A DNA stretch of 64,000 nt from Mobula hypostoma (Eukaryota). This document shows, in pieces, positions 37,638 to 50,000 of the stretch. Each line of letters begins with the position of its first letter. Position 1 is the stretch's first letter. The stretch covers positions 117,802,001 to 117,866,000 of the forward strand of contig NC_086097.1 of assembly GCF_963921235.1 (NCBI RefSeq). Direction: 5' to 3'. The notes under the pieces were generated by a model. It was given only the letters and a program-made list of their open reading frames with translations. It was not told the DNA's origin and did no database searches. The translations under genes were made by a program, and so were the position numbers.

Positions 37638-38885
37638 AAGTTTCAAGTTCCTGGGAGTCAAGATCTCTGAAGATCTAACCTGGTCCCAACATATCGATGT
37701 AGTTATAAAGAAAGCAAGACAGCAGCTATACTTTATTGGGAGTTTGAAGAGATTTAGTATGTCAACAAATACACTCAAATACTCCTATAGTTGTACTGTG
37801 GAGAGCATTCTGACAGGCTGCATCACTGTCTGGTATGGGGGTGGGGGCGACGACACTGGACTGAAAGAAGCTGCAGAAGGTTTTAAATCTAGTCAGCTCC
37901 ATCTTGGGCACTAGCCTACAAAGTACCCAGGGCATATTCAGGGAGCAGTGTCTCAGAAAGGTAGTGTCCATTATTAAGGACCTCCAGCACCCAGGGTATG
38001 CCCTTTTCTCACTGTTACCATCAAGCAGGAGGTACAGAAGCCCGAATGCACACACTCAGTGATTCAGGAACAGCTTCTACCCCTCTGCCATCCAATTCCT
38101 AAATGGACATTGAACCCTTGGACACTACCTCACTCTTTATTAAAATATACAGTATTTCTGATTTTTGCATGTTTTTTTAATTTATTCGATATAAGTATAC
38201 TGTAATGGATTTACTTACTTATTGATTTTTGTTATTATTTTTATCTTTTTTTTCTCTTCTATATTATGTATTGCATTGAACTGTTGCTGCTAGGTTACTG
38301 TGCTCAGTTCTGGTCGCCCCACTACAGGAAGGATGTGGAAACTACAGTAAGGGTGCAGAGGTGATTTACAAGGATGTTGCCTGTATTGGGGAGCATGCCT
38401 TATGAGAATAGGTTGAGTGAACTCGGTCTTTCTTCCTTGGAGTGACGGAGGACGAGAGGTGACCTGATAGAGGTGTATAAGATGATGAGAGGCATTGATT
38501 GTGTGGATAATCAGTGGCTTTTTTCCAGGGAAGAAATAGCTAGCATGAGAGGACACAGGCTTAAGGTGCTTGGAAATAGGTACAGAGGAGATGTTAGTGG
38601 TAAGTTTTTTACGCAGAGAGTGGTGAGTGCGTGGAATGGGCTGCCGGTGATGGTGGTGGAGGCGGATACAATAGGGTCTTTTAAGAGACTCCTGGGCAGG
38701 TACAATTGTACATGGAGTTCAAAAGAATAGAGGGCTATGGGTAATTTCTAAGGTAAGGAAATGTTCGGAACAGCTTTGTGGGCCGATGGGCCTGTATTGT
38801 GCTGTAGGTTTTCTATGTTTCTATGTTAACAAGTTTCAAGTCACATGCCGGTGATAATAAACCTGATTCTGACTCTGATTCTGAG
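37638..38885 (+). mobile_element. Rex1/Babar 3' end with a CR1 3' fragment (about 38297-38825) nested in its 3'UTR
   Basis: FKFLGVKISEDLTWS..; tail aataaacctgattctgactctgattctga; nested CR1 YKMMRGIDCVD..FFTQRVVSAWNGLP with (ttctatgt) tail. Confidence 0.85.
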
Positions 38886-39559
38886 ATCCATTTGGCACGT
38901 TGTTGATTAATTCCAAAATGCTGATTGATCTAAACTGGAAAACATTGGAAAGTATGTGATGGGAGTGCAATATGGCAATTTATCTACACAATTCACCAGA
39001 TGCAGCATGCACACAAAATCTGTGGTCTTCCCTTACTATTATAATTTGTTTCCAGCCTACAATATCCATGCTATTTATTAAGGATGAGTAACAGACCAAT
39101 CATTGGAGTTGAGTGTGATGTTCTCCTAAGGGGCTGTCTATTGGTGGGTCCTTAGTTGGCTGTAGGGGATGATCTGGGATCCACGCATTCTCGTTCAATA
39201 TGGGCAAGAAGAGTAAGCAGTCGTTGTGGATAGTGCTTTGATCTTTTCATTGTTCAGACTCTCCTTTCGCAGCTGCCAGTTGTTCTCATGTAGCACAAAG
39301 GAGTATAAACAGAGGAGTCAACTTTGTGAATGGCCAGCCATTGTTTGAAACTTGCTCATGATGGCTGAGGCCATGCCTCCACCACTCGGTGGTGACATCT
39401 GGTGCAAAAAGTCACCTGTTTTTTCCACCATCTACAAAGCAAAAGTCCATAATGGAAGTGTCCACGTGCCTGTATGAGAACAGCTTCAATAACTTTCAAG
39501 AATATTTTCCCCACCCAGGATAAAGCAGTCTGCATAATCACCTTCCCACCAACCACTGA

Positions 39560-41450
39560 TGCTTTAATAACTTGAGCCTTACGAATATCAGATTCCAAAC
39601 TTAACACCAAGTCCATGGTCACTCTACCTTTATGAAATGCAAACTACTTTTCCAGTATTGTCTATGGTGATAGAAAGCCATTAATTCCATTATCTTACAT
39701 ACAAGTAAAGTTCAAACAAGAAAAAATCTGCAGATGCTGGAAATCTGAGCAACACACACAAAGTGCTGGAGGTACTCAGCAGGTCAGGCAGCAGCTATGG
39801 AAGAAAATGCAGTCGATGTTTTGGGCCGAAACCCTTCGGCAGGACTGGAGATAAAAAGCTGAGGAGTAGATTTAAAATGTGGGGGGAGGAGAGAGAGACC
39901 CACCAGGTGTAGGTGAAACCTAGAAGGGGAGAGAAGAAGCAAAGGGCTGGGAAGTTGATTGGTGAGATGAGGTCAGAGAGGGAAAATGGAATGGTAAATG
40001 AGGGAGGAGGATTACTAGAAGTTGACAGATCAATGTTCATACTATCAGGTTGAGGGCTACACAAACGGAATATAAGGTGTTGCTCCTCCAACCCGAGTGT
40101 GGCCTCCTCATGTCAGTGGAAGAGGCCATGGATGGACATATTGGAGTGGGAATGGGAAATGGAATTAATATGGGTGGCCACTGGGAGATCCCACTTATTC
40201 TGGCGGATGGAGTGTAGATGCTCGGTGAAGCGGTCTCCCAAACTATATCGGGTCTTGCAAGGGGAACAAGTGCCACACCAGCCCACCAACATCCCCTCCC
40301 TCATTACCATCCAGAACCCTAAATAGTACTTGCAGGTGAGGCGACACTTCACCTGTGAGTCTTTTGGGGTCATCTACTGTGTTCAGTGCTCCCAGTGTGG
40401 TCTCTGATATATCGGTGAGAGCCGACGTGCGTTGGGAGACTGCTTCACTGAGCATTGACGTAACATCTACCAGAACAAGCAGGATCTCCCAGTGGACACC
40501 CATTTTAATTCCACTTCTCATTCCCATTCCAATATGTCCATCTCTGGCCTCCTCCGCTGTCAGGATAAGGTTACACTTACAGTACCTTATATTCTGTTTG
40601 AATAGCCTCCAACCTGATGACATGAACACCGATTTCTCAAAATTCCGGTAATACCCCAATACCCCGCACCCTCGCTCCCTCTTCATTTTCCATCCCCCTT
40701 TCCCTCTCTCACCTCATCTCACCAATCAACTTCCCAGCTCTTTACTTCATCCCTCCCCCTCCAGGTTTCACCCATCACCAGGTGTTTCTCTCTATCCTCC
40801 CCCCCCCCCCCCCGCCACCTTTTAAATCTTCTCTTCAGCTTTTTTTCTCCAGTCCTGCCGAAGGGTTTCGGCCCAAAATATTGACTGTACTTTTTCCCAT
40901 GGATGCTGCCTGGCCTGCTGAGTTCCTCCAGCATTTTGTGTGTGATACAAGTAAAGTTAATGGAATAGGTCCATTACTGGATGTATCTGACTGATTCTTA
41001 CCAGGTTTCAATATAAGGAGAAGAACTGCTAATTTCAAGAATGGAGGAAGTTGTCTTACGACCCATATATTATTTACAAATTCTAAAACCAACATAAGTT
41101 TTGACTACAATAACCATGTGACCATACTATAACAAGTATCATCTTTCCCAGGTGATGTCTGACTAGCATTATTAACAGCCCTTTTAAGTTCAGGCAATGT
41201 AAATTTGATATCCAAACAGGAACTGGATCATAGTTTTTGTTTTCTCAGCAATCAGATGAATGTTTGCCAAAACTGTTCCTCTATTAGATCTCTCTTCTTT
41301 ACTTAAATTGGCTGAACTATGACTTTGACATATGTTATTCTAATAATTCTGTTTTTTTTTCACAGTCAGTAACTGCAACCTCCTCCCCACTATACAAAAC
41401 CGGTAATGCATCAAGTTTTCTAACTTTTCCCATTTTCGGTATCATACCCC
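39560..41450 (-). mobile_element. I-group (Nimb-like) LINE RT remnant split by Penelope
   Basis: LPPFLKLAVLLLILKPGKNQSDTSSNGPIPLT | LLVCKIME..GRVTMDLVLSLESDIRKAQ. Confidence 0.6.
39713..40944. mobile_element. Inverted (3' ends outward) Penelope family A insertion
   Basis: Left arm minus and right arm plus, both with GIY-YIG C-terminal sequence; perfect 14-bp TSD atacaagtaaagtt (39699-39712 / 40945-40958). Confidence 0.92.
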
Positions 41451-41829
41451 AAGATGACAGAATAAGAAGGTGGAGGGAGAAGTAGGAGGACAAACTGGAT
41501 GGTGATGAGTGAAGCCTGGTGGAAGAGGTAAAGAGCAGGAGAAGAAGGAATCTGATAGGATAGAAGAGTGGACCATGGGAGAAAGGGAAGGAAGAGGTAT
41601 ACCGGAGAGGCAATGGGCACATGAGGAGAAGAGGTAAGAGGTAAGAGTTGTTCTGGGTTTCCGGCATCTGCAGACTCTCTTGCATTTATGATTTGCTGCT
41701 CCACAGTGAAGTTTCTTTGAGGTACTCCATGCCTACCCTGAAGAAGTTTAAATCTTCTCTTCTATGGGAGCTCAGTGAAATCTGACTGCTTCCTATCTGT
41801 GATACCTGCTGTCCTCTGACTGTTCACCA

Positions 41830-42288
41830 TGTGCTCACCCAGATCAATCCCGCACTCCGGTCCCTTACCACTTCATGGATCAATGCTGAAGATCGAGGTC
41901 CGAGGGTCAAGTCAAAAGTCTGGAAGTCATTGCCCGTTGTCTGGACCCAAGTCTGCAGATCTCTGGGGAAGCTGAAGCCCAATGTCTGCAAGTCCGAGTC
42001 CACTGGAGACTGGAGGCTGGAAACCTGCCCTGGGGTTCAAGGACTAAGTATGTGTGATAGTGGAAAGGAGGAACAGGGCTTGCTTTGCCACTATTGTTTC
42101 GTTGTTTGTTGTTTTTTGTCTTGTTTTTGGCTGAGTATTGTAGACATGCTGGTTCGGCTCCTGAATGTGTGATGACACTTGTATGTTGCGCCCAGCACTC
42201 CCACAGGTATATTAGTTGTATAACACAAATAATGCATTTCACAGTTTTTTTATGTACATGTGATAAATAAACTTGAATCTTAAATCTT
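41830..42288 (+). mobile_element. SINE-like non-autonomous element (related copy at about 45820-46140, minus)
   Basis: aaaggaggaacagggcttgctt..gttgtttgttg..aatgcatttcacag..aataaacttgaatctt tail, mirrored at 45820-46020. Confidence 0.6.
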
Positions 42289-43079
42289 GGTTATAAGTTT
42301 GAAAGATTCAAAGATACAAAGTACATTTGTAATCGAAGTATGTATGCAGTATACAACCCTGAGATTCTTCTTCCGCAGGCAGCCACAAAACAAAGCGACA
42401 TGGAATCAGTCCAAAGAAAACACCAAACTCCCAACTTAAAAAAAATAAAGAACAAATCGCGCAAATGAAAAAAAGGAGTGAAAACCACACAGAATATAAA
42501 ACATCGGACGGCAGAGTCATTGAAACATTCCCGAATGTCAGTTTAGTTCAGTTCAGTTCCATTCAATTTAGTACTGTGTCATTCATTGACTGCAGTCTGC
42601 CCTGATCAAAGTTGCACAAAATAGCAGTGAAACAGGAGCAACCAGAAACCAGGAACACATATAACTTGAACTAGAGTGTCCAATCCACAAATCATATCAA
42701 TTAAACCTTGCCCAAGGCCCATCCTCTGGTAGCTGTGAGCGAGAGGGAAGGTGAGACCGATCAATCGCAAGCACCTTCCCCTGGCAGCAGTGAGCGAGAG
42801 AGAGTGAGAGAAACTGGTCACATGCAGGTAGACGCCGCTGAAACCTGCTCACCTTCCACTCTCATCCTCTTCGATTTTAATCTTCCTTTAATCGGTGAGA
42901 AACAGAGTTGATCATGGGCTCAGACTCCAGGCGGCATATTTGGCTCCAAACCTCCCTGCACTCCCTTGGAGACAGCAAACCCTCTGATCACTCAATTGGC
43001 CAAAAACTTACCATCAGAGTGTAAACCACAGGTTCCAATCACACTTAGCTTGGTAGTAGAATCATATTTGAATGAGGAA

Positions 43080-45491
43080 TCTATATACTACTAAAATTCT
43101 CATGCTCTGTTTGTGACCTCCAATTAGCCCAAACGGTGTATTACCGCGGCACATTTTTGGACTAAGTTGACTTAAAATGTGCTAACTTACAGAATGCATG
43201 CAAAGTTCAGGGGGCTATATATTAGCAAAAAATTGCTCACTCGTCAATCAACAGGCCCCGCTTTCCACAACCCGAGCCGATTCCAGCTTCAGTGGAAACC
43301 ACAACACGACACCACGACACGTGCGCACGGCCAACCTCAGCAGCGCCTCATGATGCTCACAGAGCCAATTCCACCTTTCATGGAAACCGAGATACGACAC
43401 GACACATGCGCACGGCCAGCTTCAGCAGCGCCTCATGATGCTCACAGCAGTGACACCAACCACAGCAAAAGGGTAGGGCTATCACGTCTCTTTAGGAAAG
43501 CGCCAACCACATCGTCAAGAAAAATCAGCATCCTGGAGGCTTTGGTGTTACTGCTTTGTATCTTCTATCAAGCATTAGAGTGAAAAAATATGGACAGCCT
43601 AATTATGCCACATAGAAAGAGAAGGGACACATTATGGTCAAGAGATGACGCCAAACGCCGGGAAGCGGCAAGGAGAGGGAGAGAACAACAATTGGATGAG
43701 GCCAGGGCACACGACTCCAGAATCAAAGAGTCAGGACAAAAAAGATGAGAGGAGAAGAGACAGAGGAGGAGAGGCATGCAAATCTCCAAAATGACAACAA
43801 TAGGCACAGAAAGAGGAGAGAACAAGAATCAGATCAGGCCAGGGCTGCACAACTCCAAGATCAGAGAGAAAGAACAAATGGTAGAAGAGATGAAGAGATG
43901 AAGGATGAAAGGGCTGTGCATCTCCAGAATGACAAAAACAGACAGAGAAGGAGGAGAGAGGAAGAGACAGAGGAGAAAAGGAAAGATCAACTTGAGAATA
44001 TGCGGCAAAGAGTACCCTATTGAATAATGAGCAAAGAGAAGTATATGAATATGAGTGCGACTGCTTGGAAAGGAATCTCTCTTCAATGATTTTCATTGAT
44101 ACACCAGAAGGAACGGGCTAGACATTTATCATCAACTTAATCCTCGCTAAAGTTAGGGGAGATGGAGGTGTTGCTATTGCTGTAGCAGCAACGTTGATGC
44201 CTGGTGGTAGGACATCACATTCAAGATTCAAAATACCCCTCAAAATCAATGAAGATGCCCTTTGTAATATCGATAAAAACACTAATACTGCAAATTTACT
44301 CCAAAATGCGAGGCTTATTGTCTGGGATGAGTGCCCCATGATTAGGAGGGAGAGCTTCGAAGCCGTGGACTGGACTCTTTGTGATGTATGCGGCAAGAAT
44401 GAGGCATCGGGGGTATTTTAACCATTTGCTGTGGCAATTTCTGTCAGCTTCTAGCAGTTGTGAAATGCTGAGATGATGCTGATGTGGAGAATTCATGCAT
44501 AAAAAAATCCTACTTATGGAGAAGCTTCATCAAGCTTCAATTGAAGAGAAACATGCGATTGAGTGAGGGAGAAGGACGATATTCTGAGTTCTTATTGGAT
44601 GTTGGAGAAGACAAGATTGAGAAAAATGAAAATGATGAAATTGAATTACCTGAAGATATGATTCTGCCAGCAAAAACTATGGAAGAATGCATTGATTTCA
44701 TCTGCCCGACATTCGACAATCCTGCAGAACTGTTCTCGAGGAATTCTATCTTGGTTCCTCTCAATGAAATGATGCGAAAAATAAACTTCACATGCATTAG
44801 ACGCTTCCCTGGAATCATGAAAGAATACTGTTCCTTCAATGCCGTAAGAGAAGGAGCTAACGCCATTCATTTTCTAACAGAATTCCTTGATTCGGTCAAA
44901 CTCTCTGGATTGCCACCACATAAACTGGAATTGAAGAGGGGATCTCCCGTCATTTCAATAAGGAACTTGGATCCACCAAAGCTTTGCAAAGGAGTGTGAA
45001 TGATGGTGGAAGAACTGCACGACAATCTCATCGTAGCAAAGATAAACACTGGTGCGTTCAAAAATGACGTTGTCATGATCCCAAGAATTACTCTCAGTTT
45101 ATCAGAAGGGGAAGATGTCCCTCTTCGGCGGAGCCAGTTCCCAATACAGTCATGCTTTGCTATGACTATACACAAGGCACAAGGCCAAACCATGGAGAAC
45201 GTGTTGATTTATTTGGAGAAACCAATATTCCAGCATGGTCAGCTGTATGTGGCTTTAACCCGGGGAAAAAGAAATGAAAACGTTAGCATATTCTTGAAGG
45301 GTGGCAGATCAACTAGAAATGTTGTCATCAGAAGTGTCCTTCATTAAATGAGCAGAAGCTATATTTGTCTTGCCTCGCGTCTTTTTTCTTTAATAAACCA
45401 AGTTTTTCTTCTTTAATTTCCAAAGCACATCACATCAGACTGCACTACCTTTCTCTCAAAGGGTGCCCCAATGGGTCACCCGGTTGTCTAG
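43080..45491 (+). mobile_element. Helitron, Rep-less derivative (2412 bp)
   Basis: A|TCTATATAC start; subterminal hairpin gggtgcccc-aat-gggtcaccc (45461-45481); CTAG|T end; no TSD; PIF1 helicase remnants inside. Confidence 0.93.
43605..45347 (+). pseudogene. Helitron charged N-terminal repeats joined to PIF1-family helicase (disrupted)
   Basis: E/R-rich repeats, then LLNNEQREVY..FIDTPEGTG*TF (Walker A), GGRTSHSRFKIP, IVWDECPM, LKRNMR, QFPIQSCFAMTIHKAQGQT, HGQLYVALTRG. Confidence 0.9.
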
Positions 45492-46219
45492 TAAGTAACA
45501 TAAATGAAATAACTAGTTTTCTGAACTGTTTGAAGGATGTCGCCTGTGGTCGTGTTGTTTGCTTTGCGCTACCTTCTTCCAGTCACCTTTAGTTCTGAAG
45601 TGTGGATTGGAGCTTATCCAAATGATCTTGAATATTTCTTCTTCACCTTTTGTGGTTATGAGTCAAGGATTTCCAAGAGTCAGCGGGGGTGTTGCACTTT
45701 TCAAGGTTTTGAATAAATTATTTTATCTTTTCCTCTTGACATGTAATCCCTTCCTATGACATAACTCAGAAAAGCTTTGGATGCCTGGTGTCAGGCAAGC
45801 AAATAATATGGCTGCCAATGATTCATAGTCAGATTCATTTATTTATCCCATGCACATTGAAGCATACCGTGAAATGCAACATTCGCGTTAGCAACCAATA
45901 CAACATAAGGACGTGCTTGTGGGAGCCTGTAAGTGTCACCGCACATTCCAGCGCCAGCACAGAGTACAACAAGCAACAAAACAACAACAGAAAAGCAAGC
46001 CCCTTTCCTCCCTCCCACCCACCCTTACACCGGAACTGTCCTCCATTCCCAGGATGAGCCACTGAGCCTCCAGTCTCCAGTCTCCGCTGTTCAGGATTTG
46101 TCAATCAGGCTTCATCTTCCCGGATTTCCGATTGAACTTAGGGCAAATAACCAGTCCATCCATCCAGTGCCAACTTCCTCATTCAGCTCATTTTGCTCTA
46201 AGCCATACTGCTCTGCATC

Positions 46220-47050
46220 CACCTCTTAAATGATACTATCATTATGGTACTATTTTATAAACCTCAGTAGGGTCACTCCTCATTCTCTTACACTCCAAGG
46301 AATAAAAAACAACCTTCTCTAGTCCTGGCAATATCCTCATAGTTTTTTTTTTCAGAACCTTTCCAATTTAACCTCAACTTTCCTGTAAGAGGTGACCAAA
46401 GTGTACACAGTACTCTAACTGTAGCCTCACCAATGACATAGACAACTGCAGCATTATGTCCCAATTTCTATATTCCTGACTTATGAAGACTAGCATGTTA
46501 ACTGGCTTTTTCATCATCCTGTCTACCTGTAGCACCAATTTGAACTAAGCACTTGTACTCCTAAGTTCCTCTATTCCATCATACTCCCTATTACCCTTAT
46601 CATTCCTTGCATAAATCCTACGCTGATTTAACTTTCCAAAATATATCATCGCACACTTAACTGTATTGAAGTCCATTAGCCACTCCTTCGTCCAGTTCCC
46701 TTACTGATCAAGATACCTTTCTTCACTATCAACAGCACCTTCTAATATTGTGTCATCTGTAAACTTATGGATCACGTTTTGTGCACCTGCATCCAAATCA
46801 TTGATAAAAATAACAAAAAAAACAAGTTCCACCATGAATCCATGTGGCATACTACTAGTTACCGAGCTCCATTCCGAAAAAACAACCTTCAACCATTGCC
46901 CTCTGCTTCCTAACTCTGAGCCAAATTTGAATCCACCCATGTAACTATCCATTAATCCCACAAGATTTAACATTGCAGGTCGGCCTAATATGTGGAAATG
47001 TTGTTTGTAATCCTTGCTAAATTCCATATAGAAAACATCTACTGCCCTGG
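46220..47050 (-). mobile_element. CR1 RT fragment, decayed
   Basis: EWSSVTSSMPHG..FVIFINDLD..IHKFTDDT. Confidence 0.75.
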
Positions 47051-47574
47051 CATATTCTAACAGGTCTAGGGTTTTGATCTTTCCCCATAATTCAAACCAA
47101 GGTTATGCAAGTGCCTCCACTGCCTTGGTATTGGTGGTATCAACACAGAATGTCTGGCTAGTTGCCAGGCAACAGAATTCTGTGACAGGATCAAGAGCAT
47201 GATCTCTGAGGAAGGGTACAGCCGATTAGGGCTGCATGGAGCAACTCCAAAGAGATGCCCTAGGTTTTCTAATAATCAATCAGAACACAGGTCAGCGTGC
47301 TTGTAACATTCTGCAGACCTCTTTGAACATTGCACTGAATGAGGCATGTTAATTGTGGCCAACAGCTCCCAAGGAGCTATCAGTTACTCATGCTTCTGGA
47401 GCCTTGTGTGTGGACAGCCAAATATAGGAAGCTGAGATATCTTGAAGGTCAGAGTTTACAATTGACTCCACTGCTAGAATCAATGCATAGTGGCAGACCT
47501 TTATTTGATTGAAGGCAGCCTCTCCATTTTCTCAGCTTTAATATATGAATAGGAACAGAGATCCCATTCATTGG

Positions 47575-47995
47575 CACATACACAAAGACGTGGATGTACT
47601 CAGCAGGTCAAGCAGCGTCTATGAAGACGAATAAGCAGCCAACGTTTTGGGTTGAGACCCTTCACTGGGACTGGAAAGGAAATTAGAAGGAGCCAGAATA
47701 AGAAGGTGAGGGGGAAGGTGGGTGGGTGGTGGAGAAAGGGTGAAATAAGAAGCTGGGACAAGAAGATGAACTAGGAGTCCGATAGGAGAGGTGAAAGGAA
47801 AGGAGGCAGGGAATCAGAGGGAAGTGATAGCCAGATAAGGAGATAGTCAGTTAGTCAGATAGAACCAGAATGGAGAATGGCAAAAAAGCAAGAAGCCGAA
47901 TAGGGAAGAAATTGCCAGAAGTTAGCGAAATTGTTTATGCTGTCAGTTTGGAGGCTACTCAGACAGAATATGTGATGATACTTCTCCAATCCTCC
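47575..47995 (-). mobile_element. Penelope family A 3' fragment
   Basis: actcagcaggtcaagcagcgtctatg..ttttgggttgagacccttca; tttggaggctactcagacagaatat. Confidence 0.75.
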
Positions 47996-48495
47996 TCTCT
48001 TCGTTCTTTGGAATGGACTCACTAATTCTGTGTTAAAAGTTAAATACATGTAGGTGTTCTAATTATTTAAATTTCTTTAAAGTTTTCAATTTTATTGACA
48101 ATATTTTGAAATATTTTCCATGACTACCTTCTAGCTCAGCGTGAAGGCCTGTGCCACACTGTTGCATTGAATCACTGGTGATCATTACATCAAGTATTTT
48201 AATGCCTTCATCAATCTCTTTCTGTCATCCTGCCCATCAAATTCCTCATATGATTCTTCTGCAACCGACCGTGTGTGTATCCTTAGCTTCAAGCTAGCTC
48301 ACACTGTTACACGGCTGAACTTTACACTGCAACTATGCTTCACGCCAGAAAATGACAAGTTTCTTTCTCAGAGTCAGGCTCCAAGATACACAGAAGATCA
48401 GTTTCAGAACAGATAGATATATCTGTAAAATCAATGTAATATGATATCTTGGTCATTACTGTTTCCTTTTTCTTCTTCGGTGCTTAGTAATATTG

Positions 48496-48700
48496 TTGTT
48501 ATTCCTTCTCACACCTTGTGGTACATTAGGTAGCATTTTTTGCCATTTCCTGAGCAATTGTCCCTTTTTTGCAAGGCTGAGTTGCTAGCTCAGTGCTCAA
48601 CCTAGCACGGATGGAAAGCATGTAAGGTGCCAGCCCGATTTGAACCCCAGAACAATGGTCACAAAGTCCGGTGCTGATGCCATTACACCACAGGGTAGCA
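48496..48700 (-). mobile_element. tRNA-derived SINE with 12-bp TSD
   Basis: Minus strand A box tggtgtaatgg and B box ggttcaaatc; TSD ttagtaatattg at 48484-48495 and 48701-48712. Confidence 0.85.
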
Positions 48701-49500
48701 TTAGTAATATTGCAGCCATCGTTAAGTCCTATTCACAAGGGATATGCAGCCTGTGCAGACATCCTAAGACAATGATTCTGCATATATGTCATTGGCATCT
48801 GCCTTAATCTACGAGAATCGTGTCACAAGAGATGTGAATTCTTTAGTTCAAGTTCAGTAATCATTCAGCCATACATACCGTTCCTCTGGGGCCAAGGTAC
48901 AAAACACAATGTATATAGTCACACACAGAAGAGTGCACGTTTAGTTACAATAGCACAGGCAGTCACAAAAAACAAATATTAGTCCAAGTCCCTGAATGGT
49001 GTGGCACAAAGATTGATGGTGCATGGGATGTTGTCCTGGAGCCATATTTCTGTAAAAACAAGCACGTGGCAGTTGCTTATCTCACACAGGAGCACCCATA
49101 GATGAAGGTAATCCAGTTTGTTTTCCAGGGAGCTAACAATGGAGGGCTACACTAATGGGAGAGCCAGCCCCCAGCTCATCACAGATTCCAGCACATTTGC
49201 CATGCCTCTGCTCTCTCCCATACTGCCGCTGGTGCTTCCTCCTCTGTGTGGCTACAATGGGCTACAATCGTCATGTCTTGAATAGAAGTGGTTGTGTTGG
49301 AGGATGAACCTGTAAGAAGTCAATCTTAGAAACAAAGGGAATATTATGCTGAGGCAAGAAGCAACCTATTTCAGTACTGAGTGTAATTCATTCCAAATGT
49401 GTGATCAGCTAAGGAAGAGAATGCAAGCTGCCACAATCTTACTACTTACAATGTCCGATACAATACCTTTACAATCGCTTTCAAGGCTTCTTCCTTTATA

Positions 49501-50000
49501 CACCCAAGGGCCACAAATATTAGGCACATCCTCTACCTAATAAAGTGGACGCTGAGTATTTGTGGTCTTCTGATGCTGTAGTCCATCCACTTCAAGGTTC
49601 ATTGTCTTGTGAGTTCAGAGATGCTCTTCTACACACCACCTTTGCAACGTGTGGTTATTTCTTGTCATCCTAAACCAGTCTGGCCATTTTACTCAGACCT
49701 CGCATATTAACAAAAATATTTGAAGAACTATCAGTTACTGGATGCTTTTTTTGCACCATTCTCGATAAACTCTAGAGACGATTGTGTGTGAAAATCCCAT
49801 GAAATCTGTAGTTTGAGAGATGCTCAATCCACCCATCTGGCAGCACGGTCAAAGTCACTTAGATCACATTTTTTCCTCATTCTAATGATTGGTCCGGACA
49901 GCAAATGATTTCTTGACCATGTCTGCATGCTTTTATGCATTGAGTTGCTGTTGCATGATTGGCTATTTTGATATTTGCATTAAATTGGCATCCGAGTATG
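49501..50000. mobile_element. Tc1-derived non-autonomous element
   Basis: ta|cacccaagggccac..attagg start; inner cctaataaagtgg; end taaattggcatccgagtatg|ta. Confidence 0.6.

Larger units (their letters stand above)
42303..45578 (-). mobile_element. Non-autonomous retroelement split by a Helitron
   Basis: Similar to 32910-33746 on both sides of 43080-45491. Confidence 0.7.

Noticed and set aside
44014..45347. Host PIF1 helicase gene
   Set aside because: Intronless, disrupted, and enclosed by Helitron termini.
48600..48700. tRNA gene
   Set aside because: A and B boxes are present but it is the head of a TSD-flanked SINE; no full cloverleaf seen.
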